A stretch of DNA of 62,128 nucleotides, the filler included, from an uncultured Planctomycetales bacterium (GTDB lineage: Bacteria; Omnitrophota; Gorgyraeia; Gygaellales; Profunditerraquicolaceae): the NCBI GenBank assembly GCA_964487475.1. It is 5 parts of 4 records of this genome, joined end to end, with 100 filler letters (N's around TTAATTAATTAA, not from the genome) between each part and the next. Parts side by side here need not be neighbours in the genome. Positions count along the whole stretch, not along the records: positions 37,324 to 59,024 come from CAZAPM010000006.1; 4 more parts are not named here. The stretch is one strand, 5' to 3'. Below the pieces are notes generated by a model. That model did not search any database and was not told the DNA's origin. It worked only from the letters and a program-made list of their open reading frames with translations. Below, piece after piece: positions 49,494-58,509 of this stretch; the first letter of the stretch is position 1; each line of letters starts with the position of its first letter. The position numbers and the translations under genes were made by a program.

Positions 49494-50785
49494 TTAGAAG
49501 CCCTCACCTTTGCCTGTTTGATCGATTGCACTATGGTACGGCGCTGCGGGCAGACGTAATTGCATATCCCGCACTCCATGCATTCGTAGCATCCGTAGGC
49601 TTTGGCCAGGTCCCAGCGGGCATGCTCGGAGGCCAGGCTGACCATGCAGGGCATGATCCCCACCGGGCACTCCGCCACGCAGCGGCCGCAGCGGAAACAA
49701 TCCTCGTTGGTAAGGGGGAAATCCAGCGCTTTCGAGAATGCCAGTATCCCGTTGGTGCTTTTGATCACCGGCGCGGAGAGGTCCCACTGCGCCACCCCCA
49801 TCATCGGCCCTCCGGTAAGCACCTTGAAGGGTTCCTGCGAAAGTCCCGCGAACGCCAGGATATCCTTGATCGGGGTCCCGATGCGCACCAGATAATTGCC
49901 GGGCTTCTTCACGCAGTCCCCGGAGACCGTGACCACCCTCTCCATCAGCGGCTTATGCAGCGTCGCCGCTTCAAAAAGCGCGAACAACGTGGCGACGTTC
50001 TGCACCAGCACCCCCACGTCAAAGGGGAGTTTTCCCGAAGGTATCTCCTTGCCCAGCACGGTTTTGACCAGCTGCTTCTCCCCTCCCTGCGGATAATGCG
50101 AAGGCAGCACCTTAAGCGTGAGCACCAAAGAGGGCGCGGCTTTTTCCATTGCCGCGATCGCCGCGCGCATGGCGCTGACCGCCTGCGGCTTGTTCTCCTC
50201 GATCGCCGCGATCACCGTGCGGGCGCCGACGCATCTCGCCGCCAGTACCGCGCCGGAGATGATCTCGCGGGCGTGCTCCTCCATCAAACGGCTGTCCGCG
50301 GTAAGATACGGTTCGCATTCGGCGCCGTTGATGATCAGGGACTCCAGGTCCTTCGGGGGCGAAAGCTTGATGTGGGTCGGGAAACTCGCCCCTCCCATGC
50401 CTACGAGCCCCGCGTCCTGCGCCAGGGCGCGGATCTGCTCCGGGGAAAGGCGGGACATTTCAGCTTCGGATACGCTGCCCGAGAACGCCGGATCATCCTT
50501 GCCGTCATTATCGATGAGCACGGCTTTGCACCGTCCGATGACGGGATGCGGCACGTCATCGATCCTGGCGACGGTACCCGATACGGACGCATGGATATAC
50601 GCGAACACCTTCCCGTCCGAACCCCCGATCCTTTGCCCGCGTTTGACGTACTCCCCGGGCTTGACCAGGGGGGCACAGAGCTTCCCGATGTGCTGGGAAA
50701 GGGGGATCGCCAGCTGGGATGGCGCAGGCAACGCCGTGACCGGCGAGTGTTCGGTAAGATGCTTATGTTCGCTTAATCTAACCAT
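49490..50785 (-). CDS. rnfC: Rnf complex subunit C
   Basis: QHIG, GLVGMGGASFPTHIK, NGAECEPYLTAD, YPQGGEK, two 4Fe-4S motifs. Confidence 0.96.
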   Translation of the reverse strand: MVRLSEHKHLTEHSPVTALPAPSQLAIPLSQHIGKLCAPLVKPGEYVKRGQRIGGSDGKVFAYIHASVSGTVARIDDVPHPVIGRCKAVLIDNDGKDDPAFSGSVSEAEMSRLSPEQIRALAQDAGLVGMGGASFPTHIKLSPPKDLESLIINGAECEPYLTADSRLMEEHAREIISGAVLAARCVGARTVIAAIEENKPQAVSAMRAAIAAMEKAAPSLVLTLKVLPSHYPQGGEKQLVKTVLGKEIPSGKLPFDVGVLVQNVATLFALFEAATLHKPLMERVVTVSGDCVKKPGNYLVRIGTPIKDILAFAGLSQEPFKVLTGGPMMGVAQWDLSAPVIKSTNGILAFSKALDFPLTNEDCFRCGRCVAECPVGIMPCMVSLASEHARWDLAKAYGCYECMECGICNYVCPQRRTIVQSIKQAKVRASK

Positions 50786-52035
50786 GGGATCTTTCTATGC
50801 GCCACCATATTGCCGGCGCCGAGCAGGAAGATCAGCCCGCCTACCGCCGTGATGATCGCTCCGGGGGGGAAATGCTCGGCGAGCATACTGCTGGCCAGCA
50901 TGAATATCAGGAACCCCAGATGCATCACGATCTCCAGGGAGCTGAAGATCTTGCCCATCATCGCATTGTCGCTTACCTTATGGATGATGGTGTTGGACGC
51001 GATCATGATCGGGGAAACGATGATCCCCAGGACTAAAGAGAGCGTCACTGCCACCCAGAAGCGCGGATAATGGGTCAATACCAGGGCGAATGCCACGAGT
51101 ATTATACCCGAAAGCGCCAGGCAGGAAAAGATGGTTTTATACAGGGACAGTTTTCCCCCGAACTTGCCGTAGATGACCGATCCGGCGAAAAGCCCTCCCC
51201 CCAGGCACATGGCCAGCAGCCCCAGGTCACGCACCACGGTGCCTAACGCCTGCTGCACGAACACGATCATCACCACATACCCCGAACCTAACGCCGCCCA
51301 CAGGGCGAAGATCATCCAGGAAGTGGCGCGGATATCCTTATTCTTGACGAAATACACGATCCCCTCCCGCACCTCCTGGAACACGGACTTGCGGAACGCC
51401 TGCACGAATTCCTTCCCCATCTCGGTAAGCGTGACCTTGGAGGCGTAGTTGCGGGCGATACAGAAGATCAGGACTCCCGAGATGAAATACCCCAGGCTGT
51501 CGAGGTAGAACCCGCTCTTGGCGCCCAGCCACTCCACGATGATGCCGCTGATGCCGAAGCCCAGCACCGAAGCGATCATCCCCGTGGTGTTGATCAGGGA
51601 ATTGGCCATCACCAGGTCCTTCTTCTCGACCAGGTCAGGCACGATCGCCAGCTTGGCCGGCACGAAAAACCGGCTGATGCTGAAGACAAGGAAGATAATA
51701 AGGTAAATGGGGATGATATTCTTCGAATAGAAAAGGAAAAGCGGGATCATCAGCACCAGCAGGGAGCGCACCAGGTCGCTGATGAACATGGTCTTGCGCC
51801 TGTCCCAGCGGTCCACGAACACTCCGGCAATGGGACCGATCAGGAATACCGGGATGATGGTAAAGGAAAGGATCTTGGCAATGCCCATGGCCGAGCCTGC
51901 CCCTCCCTGCGTACGGACATAGACAAAGCCGATCAGGGCCATCTGGCCGAGCCGGTCACCGAGTTGGGAGATGATCTGTCCGAGCCAGAGGAGGAAAAAA
52001 TTCCGGTTGCGCAGTACTTCCGTGAATTTTGGCAT
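50773..52035 (-). CDS. MFS transporter (DHA3/MFS_3-like)
   Basis: NRNFFLLWLGQIISQLGD, GVFVDRWDRRK motif A, about 12 TMs. Confidence 0.93.
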   Translation of the reverse strand: MPKFTEVLRNRNFFLLWLGQIISQLGDRLGQMALIGFVYVRTQGGAGSAMGIAKILSFTIIPVFLIGPIAGVFVDRWDRRKTMFISDLVRSLLVLMIPLFLFYSKNIIPIYLIIFLVFSISRFFVPAKLAIVPDLVEKKDLVMANSLINTTGMIASVLGFGISGIIVEWLGAKSGFYLDSLGYFISGVLIFCIARNYASKVTLTEMGKEFVQAFRKSVFQEVREGIVYFVKNKDIRATSWMIFALWAALGSGYVVMIVFVQQALGTVVRDLGLLAMCLGGGLFAGSVIYGKFGGKLSLYKTIFSCLALSGIILVAFALVLTHYPRFWVAVTLSLVLGIIVSPIMIASNTIIHKVSDNAMMGKIFSSLEIVMHLGFLIFMLASSMLAEHFPPGAIITAVGGLIFLLGAGNMVAHRKIPWLD

Positions 52036-52051
52036 GGAAACGCTAAAAAAA

Positions 52052-52127
52052 TGGAGCCGATGAGAGGGATCGAACCTCCGACCTTGACTTTACGAAAGTC
52101 CTGCTCTACCAGCTGAGCTACATCGGC
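52052..52127 (-). tRNA. tRNA-Thr (CGT), CCA encoded
   Basis: GCCGATGTAGCTCAGCTGGTAGAGCAGGACTTTCGTAAAGTCAAGGTCGGAGGTTCGATCCCTCTCATCGGCTCCA. Confidence 0.96.
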
Positions 52128-52139
52128 AATGGGAAATAA

Positions 52140-52167
52140 ATTATACCAATTCTGGGCCGTAAGTCAA
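52140..52167 (-). promoter_or_regulatory. tRNA-Thr promoter
   Basis: TTGACT-N16-TATAAT. Confidence 0.8.
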
Positions 52168-52184
52168 TGAGGAAAAGAAAAACG

Positions 52185-52212
52185 TTGACAAAGGGATGCC
52201 GGATGTTAAAAT
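52185..52212 (+). promoter_or_regulatory. csp promoter
   Basis: TTGACA-N16-TAAAAT with TG extension. Confidence 0.8.
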
Positions 52213-52269
52213 AATTGTGAAAAGCTTCGTATCTCGATGGGATATAACACTTTTAAAGAATTTTTTTGT

Positions 52270-52315
52270 AAGCCGTGACGCAAGAAACAGGGGTTTCGCG
52301 CGTTGCGGCTTTTTT
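52270..52315 (+). terminator. Terminator-like hairpin in the csp 5' leader
   Basis: AAGCCGTGACGC...GCGTTGCGGCTTTTTT lies between the promoter and the RBS. Confidence 0.65.
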
Positions 52316-52338
52316 GTTAAGGGAGGGGAGCACGACTC

Positions 52339-52539
52339 ATGGCAAAGGGTAAAGTCAAGTGGTTCAGCAATCAGAAGGGATACGGCTTTATCACCGGCGA
52401 AGATGGCAAGGACGTGTTCGTCCATTACAGCGCCGTTAAAGGGGACGGCTACAAGACCCTGGAAGAAGGACAGGAAGTCGAGTTCGAGGTATCCCAGGGC
52501 GCAAAAGGAGACCAGGCTACCAACGTCACCAAGGCGTAA
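52339..52539 (+). CDS. Cold-shock protein (CspA family)
   Basis: GKVKWF, KGYGFI (RNP1), DVFVHYS (RNP2). Confidence 0.98.
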   Translation: MAKGKVKWFSNQKGYGFITGEDGKDVFVHYSAVKGDGYKTLEEGQEVEFEVSQGAKGDQATNVTKA

Positions 52540-52555
52540 CCCCGTAAAAACAGAC

Positions 52556-52596
52556 AATCCCGCAAGAGGGTTCCCTCTTGCGGGATTTTTATTTTT
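52556..52596 (+). terminator. Terminator between csp and tRNA-Phe
   Basis: AATCCCGCAAGAGG-GTTC-CCTCTTGCGGGATT-TTT. Confidence 0.9.
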
Positions 52597-52599
52597 AAA

Positions 52600-52671
52600 T
52601 GCCGAGCGAGAGAATCGAACTCCCCACGCCGGCCTTTTCAGGGCCGCGCTCTACCACTGAGCTAGCTCGGC
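52600..52671 (-). tRNA. tRNA-Phe (GAA), CCA not encoded
   Basis: GCCGAGCTAGCTCAGTGGTAGAGCGCGGCCCTGAAAAGGCCGGCGTGGGGAGTTCGATTCTCTCGCTCGGCA. Confidence 0.95.
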
Positions 52672-52699
52672 AAAAGCTTAGCCTGATCGTGGAATTCCT

Positions 52700-52727
52700 A
52701 TTATATGCGATTTACGGACCAGTGCAA
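52700..52727 (-). promoter_or_regulatory. tRNA-Phe promoter
   Basis: TTGCAC-N16-TATAAT. Confidence 0.7.
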
Positions 52728-52735
52728 GAGAAAAA

Positions 52736-53122
52736 TCAGGCGGCCTGTTCCATGATCTTGACGAAAAGCTCCTGCGCCAGGCTCAGATTCGGGAAATGAT
52801 ACTTCCGGGCGGAAACGTTGATCCGGGTAGTGGAATCCGTCAGACGCTGCAGCCTGATCCACACCTTGCCGGAATCCGTTTGCACGTTGATGACCCCCTC
52901 CCCCTCGCTCTCGCGGATGATCTTGCCCCGGATGCGGGCGATATTGCGGGCGCTGGTCCAGATGACGTCATAGGGCGTGTCCGTATCCCCGTAGACGGTA
53001 TCCTTGCTGGCGGCATACATGCTCACTCCGCCGACCGCTACCCCCAGAAGCAGTGGCGCGCAACCCGTCATAAGCATGCACAACACCCCCAGCAACCCCG
53101 CCCACGGCACACACCTTCTCAT
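52736..53122 (-). CDS. DUF3568-like lipoprotein
   Basis: Lipobox MTGC; Gly-rich segment; TRINVSARK..FPN. Confidence 0.78.
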   Translation of the reverse strand: MRRCVPWAGLLGVLCMLMTGCAPLLLGVAVGGVSMYAASKDTVYGDTDTPYDVIWTSARNIARIRGKIIRESEGEGVINVQTDSGKVWIRLQRLTDSTTRINVSARKYHFPNLSLAQELFVKIMEQAA

Positions 53123-53223
53123 TGCAGCTCCTTTTTAGAGAATATCTTCATGAAACAGAAAATAACCAGCCCCAGTATCCCGGCCCAGGAAAGCGCCAGG
53201 AATATCGCCCCGTATACGTTCAT
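53119..53223 (-). CDS. 34-aa single-TM protein, MetS-like small subunit of an NSS transporter
   Basis: MNVYGAIFLALSWAGILGLVIFCFMKIFSKKELQ; ATGA overlaps on both sides. Confidence 0.75.
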   Translation of the reverse strand: MNVYGAIFLALSWAGILGLVIFCFMKIFSKKELQ

Positions 53224-54788
53224 CGCATCCGCTCCAGCCGCGCCTTCTTCCGGTCCCAGGAGACCTTGACCAGCACTCCCAGCACCAGGAACACCAGCGC
53301 CAGGCCCGCGCGAGTCGCCAGGACGAAGGGCTTGTCCGCGACAGAGACGCGCTGCATGGTGATGATCGGCCACCACTCCTGCCACAACCACACCCCCAGG
53401 ATCACCAGCAGGAACAAAGGAGTGACGAACTTGATCACGAACTTATAGACGCCCGGCACGCGCATATCCGCGCCGTGGTGGATCTCGTCCCAGGCTTTAT
53501 CCATCCCGAAGACCCAGGCGAAAAGGATCACCTCGATGGTGGCAAAGACCACCAGGAAGAACGTCCCTCCCCAGAAATCCAGCTCGTCCACCACTCCGTT
53601 TCCCAGGAAGAATATCGCCGGCTGGCAAAGGATGAATGCCGCAGCCGCGAAGATGAACACCGCTTTCCGGCGGCTGATATCGAACTCATCCTCCAGGAAC
53701 GCCACTGCCGGCTGGGCCAGCGAAACCGACGAGGTCACCCCTGCCAGAAAGAGCAGCCCGAACCAGCAGAACCCCAGCAGCTGCGATAAGGGCAACTGGT
53801 TGAGCACCAGAGGCATGGTCACGAACCCCAGGTTAAAGACGCCGGATCGCGCGATCGCCGCGGTCTCCTGAGGCCCGAAAAAGACGAACGCGGCGGTAAT
53901 GATGATGCTGCCGCCCAGGATCACCTCCGCGAATTCGTTCATGGCAGAAGCGGTCAGGCCGGAGAGCACCACATCATCCCCTTTTTTCAGGTAACTGGCA
54001 TAGGTGAGGATGACCCCGATCCCGACGCTTAAGGTGAAGAATATCTGTCCCGCCGCCTCCAGCCAGACCTTCGCCGACTTAAGCGCGGAAAAATCCGGGT
54101 TCCACAGGAACCCTATGCCGTTGGCCACGTTCCAGTCCGGATGGATCGGATCGGGCGCGCCCAGGGTGAAGACGCGCGCCATCAGCACAAATCCGAAGAC
54201 AAAGAGCACTCCCAGCGCCCATTTGCACACCCGCTCTATCCCGCCCCTGATCCCGAAATAGATCACGGAGATATTCACCATAAAGGTGACCAGAAAAAAA
54301 GCGTACGCCGGGCCGATCCCGCTGAAATACCGGTTCTGCGCAAGGCCCTGATACCCCTGCAGGAAGCTCTTCATCCCTGCCTGGTCCGTGATCGCGGTGT
54401 ACTTGCCCGTCAGCGCGAAAAAACTGAACCCCAGCGTCCAGGACTCAATGAAGGTATAATAGATGAAGATCACCAGGGGCCCGAAGATACCGATGACCCC
54501 GAAATATTTGATGAACCGGTTCTTCTGCCAGAGACTATGGAATATCCCCGGCGCGGTGCCGTGTCCGAACCCGCCGCCGAAACGGCCCAGGGTCCACTCG
54601 ATCCACATCAGGGGGATGCCTAAAAGCAGGAAGGCGACGAAGTACGGGATTAAGAACGCGCCGCCGCCGTTCGAGGCGGCCTTTGCCGGGAAGCGGAGAA
54701 AATTCCCCAGTCCGATGGCCGAGCCGGCCACCGCCATGACGATCCCTAACCGGGACCCCCAGGAATCCCGCTGCTTACTGTTTTTCAT
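53220..54788 (-). CDS. Neurotransmitter:sodium symporter (NSS/LeuT family)
   Basis: RDSWGSRLG...GSAIGLGNFLRFP, NGGGAFLIPY, AAGQIFFTLSVG. Confidence 0.96.
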   Translation of the reverse strand: MKNSKQRDSWGSRLGIVMAVAGSAIGLGNFLRFPAKAASNGGGAFLIPYFVAFLLLGIPLMWIEWTLGRFGGGFGHGTAPGIFHSLWQKNRFIKYFGVIGIFGPLVIFIYYTFIESWTLGFSFFALTGKYTAITDQAGMKSFLQGYQGLAQNRYFSGIGPAYAFFLVTFMVNISVIYFGIRGGIERVCKWALGVLFVFGFVLMARVFTLGAPDPIHPDWNVANGIGFLWNPDFSALKSAKVWLEAAGQIFFTLSVGIGVILTYASYLKKGDDVVLSGLTASAMNEFAEVILGGSIIITAAFVFFGPQETAAIARSGVFNLGFVTMPLVLNQLPLSQLLGFCWFGLLFLAGVTSSVSLAQPAVAFLEDEFDISRRKAVFIFAAAAFILCQPAIFFLGNGVVDELDFWGGTFFLVVFATIEVILFAWVFGMDKAWDEIHHGADMRVPGVYKFVIKFVTPLFLLVILGVWLWQEWWPIITMQRVSVADKPFVLATRAGLALVFLVLGVLVKVSWDRKKARLERMR

Positions 54789-55230
54789 CCTCTTGTTTCT
54801 GCTTCTTCAACCGTTCCAGCTCGGGATCGGGCTTTCCGGAAAGCAGGGCGAAAAGCCGGCCGGAGAGGAACTCCCGCGCATAGGTGCTGGGCGAGGATAC
54901 TTCGACCTTCGAGCCGCCCTGCTCCGCGGCGGTCACGAACACGCCGACGGGAGTGGTATCATCCCCTCCCAGGTACACCGCCGTCAACCCCTGGGCATCG
55001 TTGCGGGCGTAGATATAACACCCCATCAGCTGCAAGTGCTCCCGCGTATTTTTAAGCACCTGCTCCGGGGGCTGCGGGAAGACCTGCGCCAGCGCCTTCG
55101 GACGGGATTCCTCCAGGGTCCTTGTGGAAAGGCCGGCGAACCCCTTCGCCCCCTCTTTTACCGTCGCGCATCCCGCCGCAGAGAAAACGACCGCCGCCAT
55201 GACCGCCGCACTGCCGTAACGTACCCGCAT
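54775..55230 (-). CDS. Lipoprotein of unknown function
   Basis: Lipobox AAGC; GGAGG RBS. Confidence 0.8.
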   Translation of the reverse strand: MRVRYGSAAVMAAVVFSAAGCATVKEGAKGFAGLSTRTLEESRPKALAQVFPQPPEQVLKNTREHLQLMGCYIYARNDAQGLTAVYLGGDDTTPVGVFVTAAEQGGSKVEVSSPSTYAREFLSGRLFALLSGKPDPELERLKKQKQEDEKQ

Positions 55231-55243
55231 CTATGCCTCCCGA

Positions 55244-57235
55244 TTATTCACGCACGATCTGATGGATCACTTCGAGGTTGCGCCGCGCCTCCTCTTCTCC
55301 CCGCCGGGCGAACTCCTCCGCGCGGTGCAGCTGGAGCCAATGCAGCCCCGAAGTATCCGGATGCAGCACGATGTCCGCCAGCTCGGATTCCCGCTGCACC
55401 AGCTCCGACTGCATGACCTCAATGCTGCTGAACACAATATCTATGATATTATTTTTTACCCCTTCTTGGAAGAAATTTTTTATGCCCATCCAGGTGCGGT
55501 TCTTGCGGGAATGCGCCAGCTGTTCCTTCATCACCTCGTACTGGCGCCGGATATCCTCCCGGGAGGGGGTGACGTTGACGGCGATGATGCGGCTTACCCC
55601 CATCTTGAAGAGCACTTCCGTAGGCAGCGGATTGGTCACCCCGCCGTCCATGAGCATCTGGCCGCTTAATTTGAAAGGATGGAACACCCCGGGCATTGCG
55701 CAGCTGGCCATGATGGCGTCCGAAAGCAGCCCCTTATCCAGGACGATAGGCTCTTTCTTCTTGATATCGCTGGCGATGATCTTCAAAGGCAGGCGGATAT
55801 CCTTGAAGGTCTTGTTGCCGATGTATTTCTTAAGGAACGCGTGCAGGCGGTTGCCCTTGATGAACCCTAAGGTCGGCAGCGTGAAATCCGCCAGCTTCCA
55901 GACGTACTGGTTGCCCTTGAACTCCTTGGTGATCTCCAGGATCTCGTCGGCGCTGCGGCCCGTCACCCAGAGCGCGGCGATGATCGAGCCGATACTGGCC
56001 CCCGAGATGACGTCGACGGGAATGCGCTCCCTTTCGATGACCTTGAGCACCCCGATGTGACAGAGCCCGTAGGCAAACCCCACTCCCAGCGCCAGGCCGA
56101 CCAGGCAATCCCCCACTTCCCGGGAGATGCGGCGCACCACTTTCGCATACTCGCTGTCGGGATCCTGCAGCACCAGCGTATGCGGCTCGTCCATCTCCAA
56201 TTTTGGCAGGGTGGCGAAGATCGGCTGGCCCACCAGCTGCGCCTGCGCGCCGAAATCCATCTTGGAAAGCTTATACTCATTGATCAGCACCTTGATCTTG
56301 GGCATCTGGAAATGCAGCTCGCCGGTAAGCCGCTCCACCAGGTTGCGGGTACGGCGCAGATCGACCTCGTCCGGGCTGGTGAGCAGATGGATCAGGTCCG
56401 CCTGGTTGAGGACCGCGAAGACGAACTCATCCATCACCGCGGGCATATCCAGGACGATATATTTGTAGTCGTTGACCAGGATGGTCAGGAGGCCGACGAG
56501 CTTGCGCACCGCGGACTCATCCCGGGAGTCGTACTTGAAGCAGAGGATATCCACCCCTCCCGGCCCCTTGGCAATGGCCTTGAGCATCAGTGCCGGGTCC
56601 ATCGCCTCTTTCAGGCAGCAGCCGTCCTCGAGCTTGCACATGTAGGGAAGACTGTGTTCCTTATCCTCGGAGGCGATATCCAGCACCACCACGGATTTGC
56701 CGGTCTCCTTGCGCAGGGAAAGGCTCACGTTGAGCGCGTACACGCTTTTTCCCGCCTGGGCGTAGGAGCTGAAGACCGCCAGCACCGTGGATTCGAAGAT
56801 CGTCTTCTGGTGGATATCCTTGTTCTTGAGGCGGCGGGAAAGCGTCTGGCTCAGATCGATCGCCAGCCGGGGAATGGTCTTGAGGAGGTCCGCGAAATCA
56901 TCCTTGGATATCGCCAGCAGCAGGCAGTCGTTGATCGCCTTGGCGGTCACGCTGTGCGGCTCGCCCGTGAGGAGGGAGATGATCCCGAAGTATTTTCCGC
57001 GATGCAGGTACTCCAGGACCTTCTCGCTGCCGAAACGGTCGGAGCTGTAGATCACCACCCGGCCCAGGACCACGCAGTAGAACGCGTCCACGGGCGCGCC
57101 CTCCTGATAGACCAGGGTGCCCTTGCGGTACTCCTTGAGCTGCGCGCGGGCGGTCACGAACGCGAGCTCCTCCTCGGTGAGGCCGAAAAAAAGCGGGGTC
57201 TCCTTGACGATGGTAGCCAGGTCCTTATACTCCAC
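55244..57235 (-). CDS. cNMP-binding / MinD-ParA-like P-loop / patatin phospholipase fusion
   Basis: cNMP domain YFGIISLLTGEPHSVTA; SSYAQAGKS; patatin GLALGVG, GASIG, DGG. Confidence 0.88.
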   Translation of the reverse strand: MEYKDLATIVKETPLFFGLTEEELAFVTARAQLKEYRKGTLVYQEGAPVDAFYCVVLGRVVIYSSDRFGSEKVLEYLHRGKYFGIISLLTGEPHSVTAKAINDCLLLAISKDDFADLLKTIPRLAIDLSQTLSRRLKNKDIHQKTIFESTVLAVFSSYAQAGKSVYALNVSLSLRKETGKSVVVLDIASEDKEHSLPYMCKLEDGCCLKEAMDPALMLKAIAKGPGGVDILCFKYDSRDESAVRKLVGLLTILVNDYKYIVLDMPAVMDEFVFAVLNQADLIHLLTSPDEVDLRRTRNLVERLTGELHFQMPKIKVLINEYKLSKMDFGAQAQLVGQPIFATLPKLEMDEPHTLVLQDPDSEYAKVVRRISREVGDCLVGLALGVGFAYGLCHIGVLKVIERERIPVDVISGASIGSIIAALWVTGRSADEILEITKEFKGNQYVWKLADFTLPTLGFIKGNRLHAFLKKYIGNKTFKDIRLPLKIIASDIKKKEPIVLDKGLLSDAIMASCAMPGVFHPFKLSGQMLMDGGVTNPLPTEVLFKMGVSRIIAVNVTPSREDIRRQYEVMKEQLAHSRKNRTWMGIKNFFQEGVKNNIIDIVFSSIEVMQSELVQRESELADIVLHPDTSGLHWLQLHRAEEFARRGEEEARRNLEVIHQIVRE

Positions 57236-58444
57236 TTACACGCTCCCCTGACTGCACACCTGGGCGAATTTACGCGCGCTCTCCCGCACCCTGCGCTCGC
57301 AGGTACGGTAATCGACTTCCACCAGCCCGAATCGGGGGCGAAACCCCTTATCCCACTCGTAGTTATCGATCAAAGACCAGTAAAGATACCCGATCACCGG
57401 CACTCCCGCGTCCATCGCATCCCGAAGCGCCGCAAGATGCGCGCGGATGAACTCCCAGCGCTGCGCATCGTCGTCGGTACAGATCCCGTTCTCCAGGATG
57501 AACACGGGGAGACGGTAGCGCTTGAGGGACATGAGTATGTCCTTGAGGCCCTGCGGATAGATATCCCACCCCAGGGAATTCTTGGGCATGGGGTCTTTCG
57601 GGGAAGAGCACGTCTGCTGAAGGAGCACGGAGGGTTTCCAGGCATCCGCCTGCACCACGTCCCGGGAGTAATAATTCACCCCCAGATAATCCACGGTACG
57701 CTCCGCGACCACCCACTCCAGGAACCAGCGGTTGAAGAGCAGGTCCCGCGCCCATGCCGCCGCCTTCGTGCGCAGGGACTGGTCGCACGGCACGAACGCG
57801 CGCATGTTATGGGCGAACCCGACCATGGAATGCGTTGCCCCGTAGATGCGCTTGATAGCCCGGTACGCGCCGATATGGGCGCGCAGCATCATGCGCGCGG
57901 AGCGCATCGCCAGGAAAAGGGAGCGCTCCTGCGGAGGCCAGGCCCCGATAAGAAATGCCTGATAGGCGTACACCATGGGCTCGTTGACCGTAACCCAGTA
58001 CGTGACCAGGTCGGAGAACTCCGGGACTATCCTTCTGACGAAACGCAGGAAACAATCCGGGGCATCGACGGAAATCCAACCGCCTTTTTTCGAGAACCAG
58101 AGAGGATTGGTGAAATGGTGCAGCGTCACTACCGGCTCGAGGCCGTGGTCGCGGAGGGACTGCAGCACCTTACGGTAGTGCGCGATCTCCCGCTCGTCGA
58201 ATTCCCCTTCGCGGGGCTCGAGGCGGCTCCATTCGATGGAAAGACGGTGGGCATTATGATTGAGGGATTTCGCCAGCGCGAAATCCTGCGCGAACATCTC
58301 GTACTGCCTGCAGGAATCCCCGCAGCGGTCGGGGACGGAAGCCCTTTGCTCCCACTCCCACCAGTCGCAGTTACGATTGTCCCCTTCCACCTGATAGGCG
58401 GCAGTCGCAGCGCCCCAGAAAAACCCAGAAGGAAATGCGCGCAT
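57236..58444 (-). CDS. Glycoside hydrolase family 1 (beta-glucosidase-like)
   Basis: FFWGAATAAYQVEG, TLHHF, TVNEP (acid/base), ILENG (nucleophile), WSLIDNYEW. Confidence 0.96.
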   Translation of the reverse strand: MRAFPSGFFWGAATAAYQVEGDNRNCDWWEWEQRASVPDRCGDSCRQYEMFAQDFALAKSLNHNAHRLSIEWSRLEPREGEFDEREIAHYRKVLQSLRDHGLEPVVTLHHFTNPLWFSKKGGWISVDAPDCFLRFVRRIVPEFSDLVTYWVTVNEPMVYAYQAFLIGAWPPQERSLFLAMRSARMMLRAHIGAYRAIKRIYGATHSMVGFAHNMRAFVPCDQSLRTKAAAWARDLLFNRWFLEWVVAERTVDYLGVNYYSRDVVQADAWKPSVLLQQTCSSPKDPMPKNSLGWDIYPQGLKDILMSLKRYRLPVFILENGICTDDDAQRWEFIRAHLAALRDAMDAGVPVIGYLYWSLIDNYEWDKGFRPRFGLVEVDYRTCERRVRESARKFAQVCSQGSV

Positions 58445-58451
58445 AGCCGCT

Positions 58452-58480
58452 ATTATAGCAGAAAAAAGAAAAAGGCCCAA
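58452..58480 (-). promoter_or_regulatory. Leaderless-type promoter of the GH1 gene
   Basis: TTGGGC-N17-TATAAT with TG extension; -10 lies 7 nt before the ATG; no SD. Confidence 0.65.
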
Positions 58481-58498
58481 CAATAACTCGTTGGGCCT
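58462..58498 (-). terminator. Intrinsic terminator between the c-di-GMP RNA and GH1
   Basis: AGGCCCAAC-GAGTTATT-GTTGGGCCT-TTTTCTTTTTT. Confidence 0.85.
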
Positions 58499-58509
58499 GT
58501 ATATGCAAT

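Noticed and set aside
52600..52671. tRNA-Phe lacking encoded CCA
   Set aside because: Common in bacteria that have a CCA-adding enzyme.
55244..57235. Patatin as a CBASS/anti-phage effector
   Set aside because: No cyclase or other defence genes nearby; the context is metabolic/transport.
56057..58486. 809-aa plus-strand ORF
   Set aside because: Antisense shadow of the patatin and GH1 genes, expected with GC-rich codon usage; no motifs.
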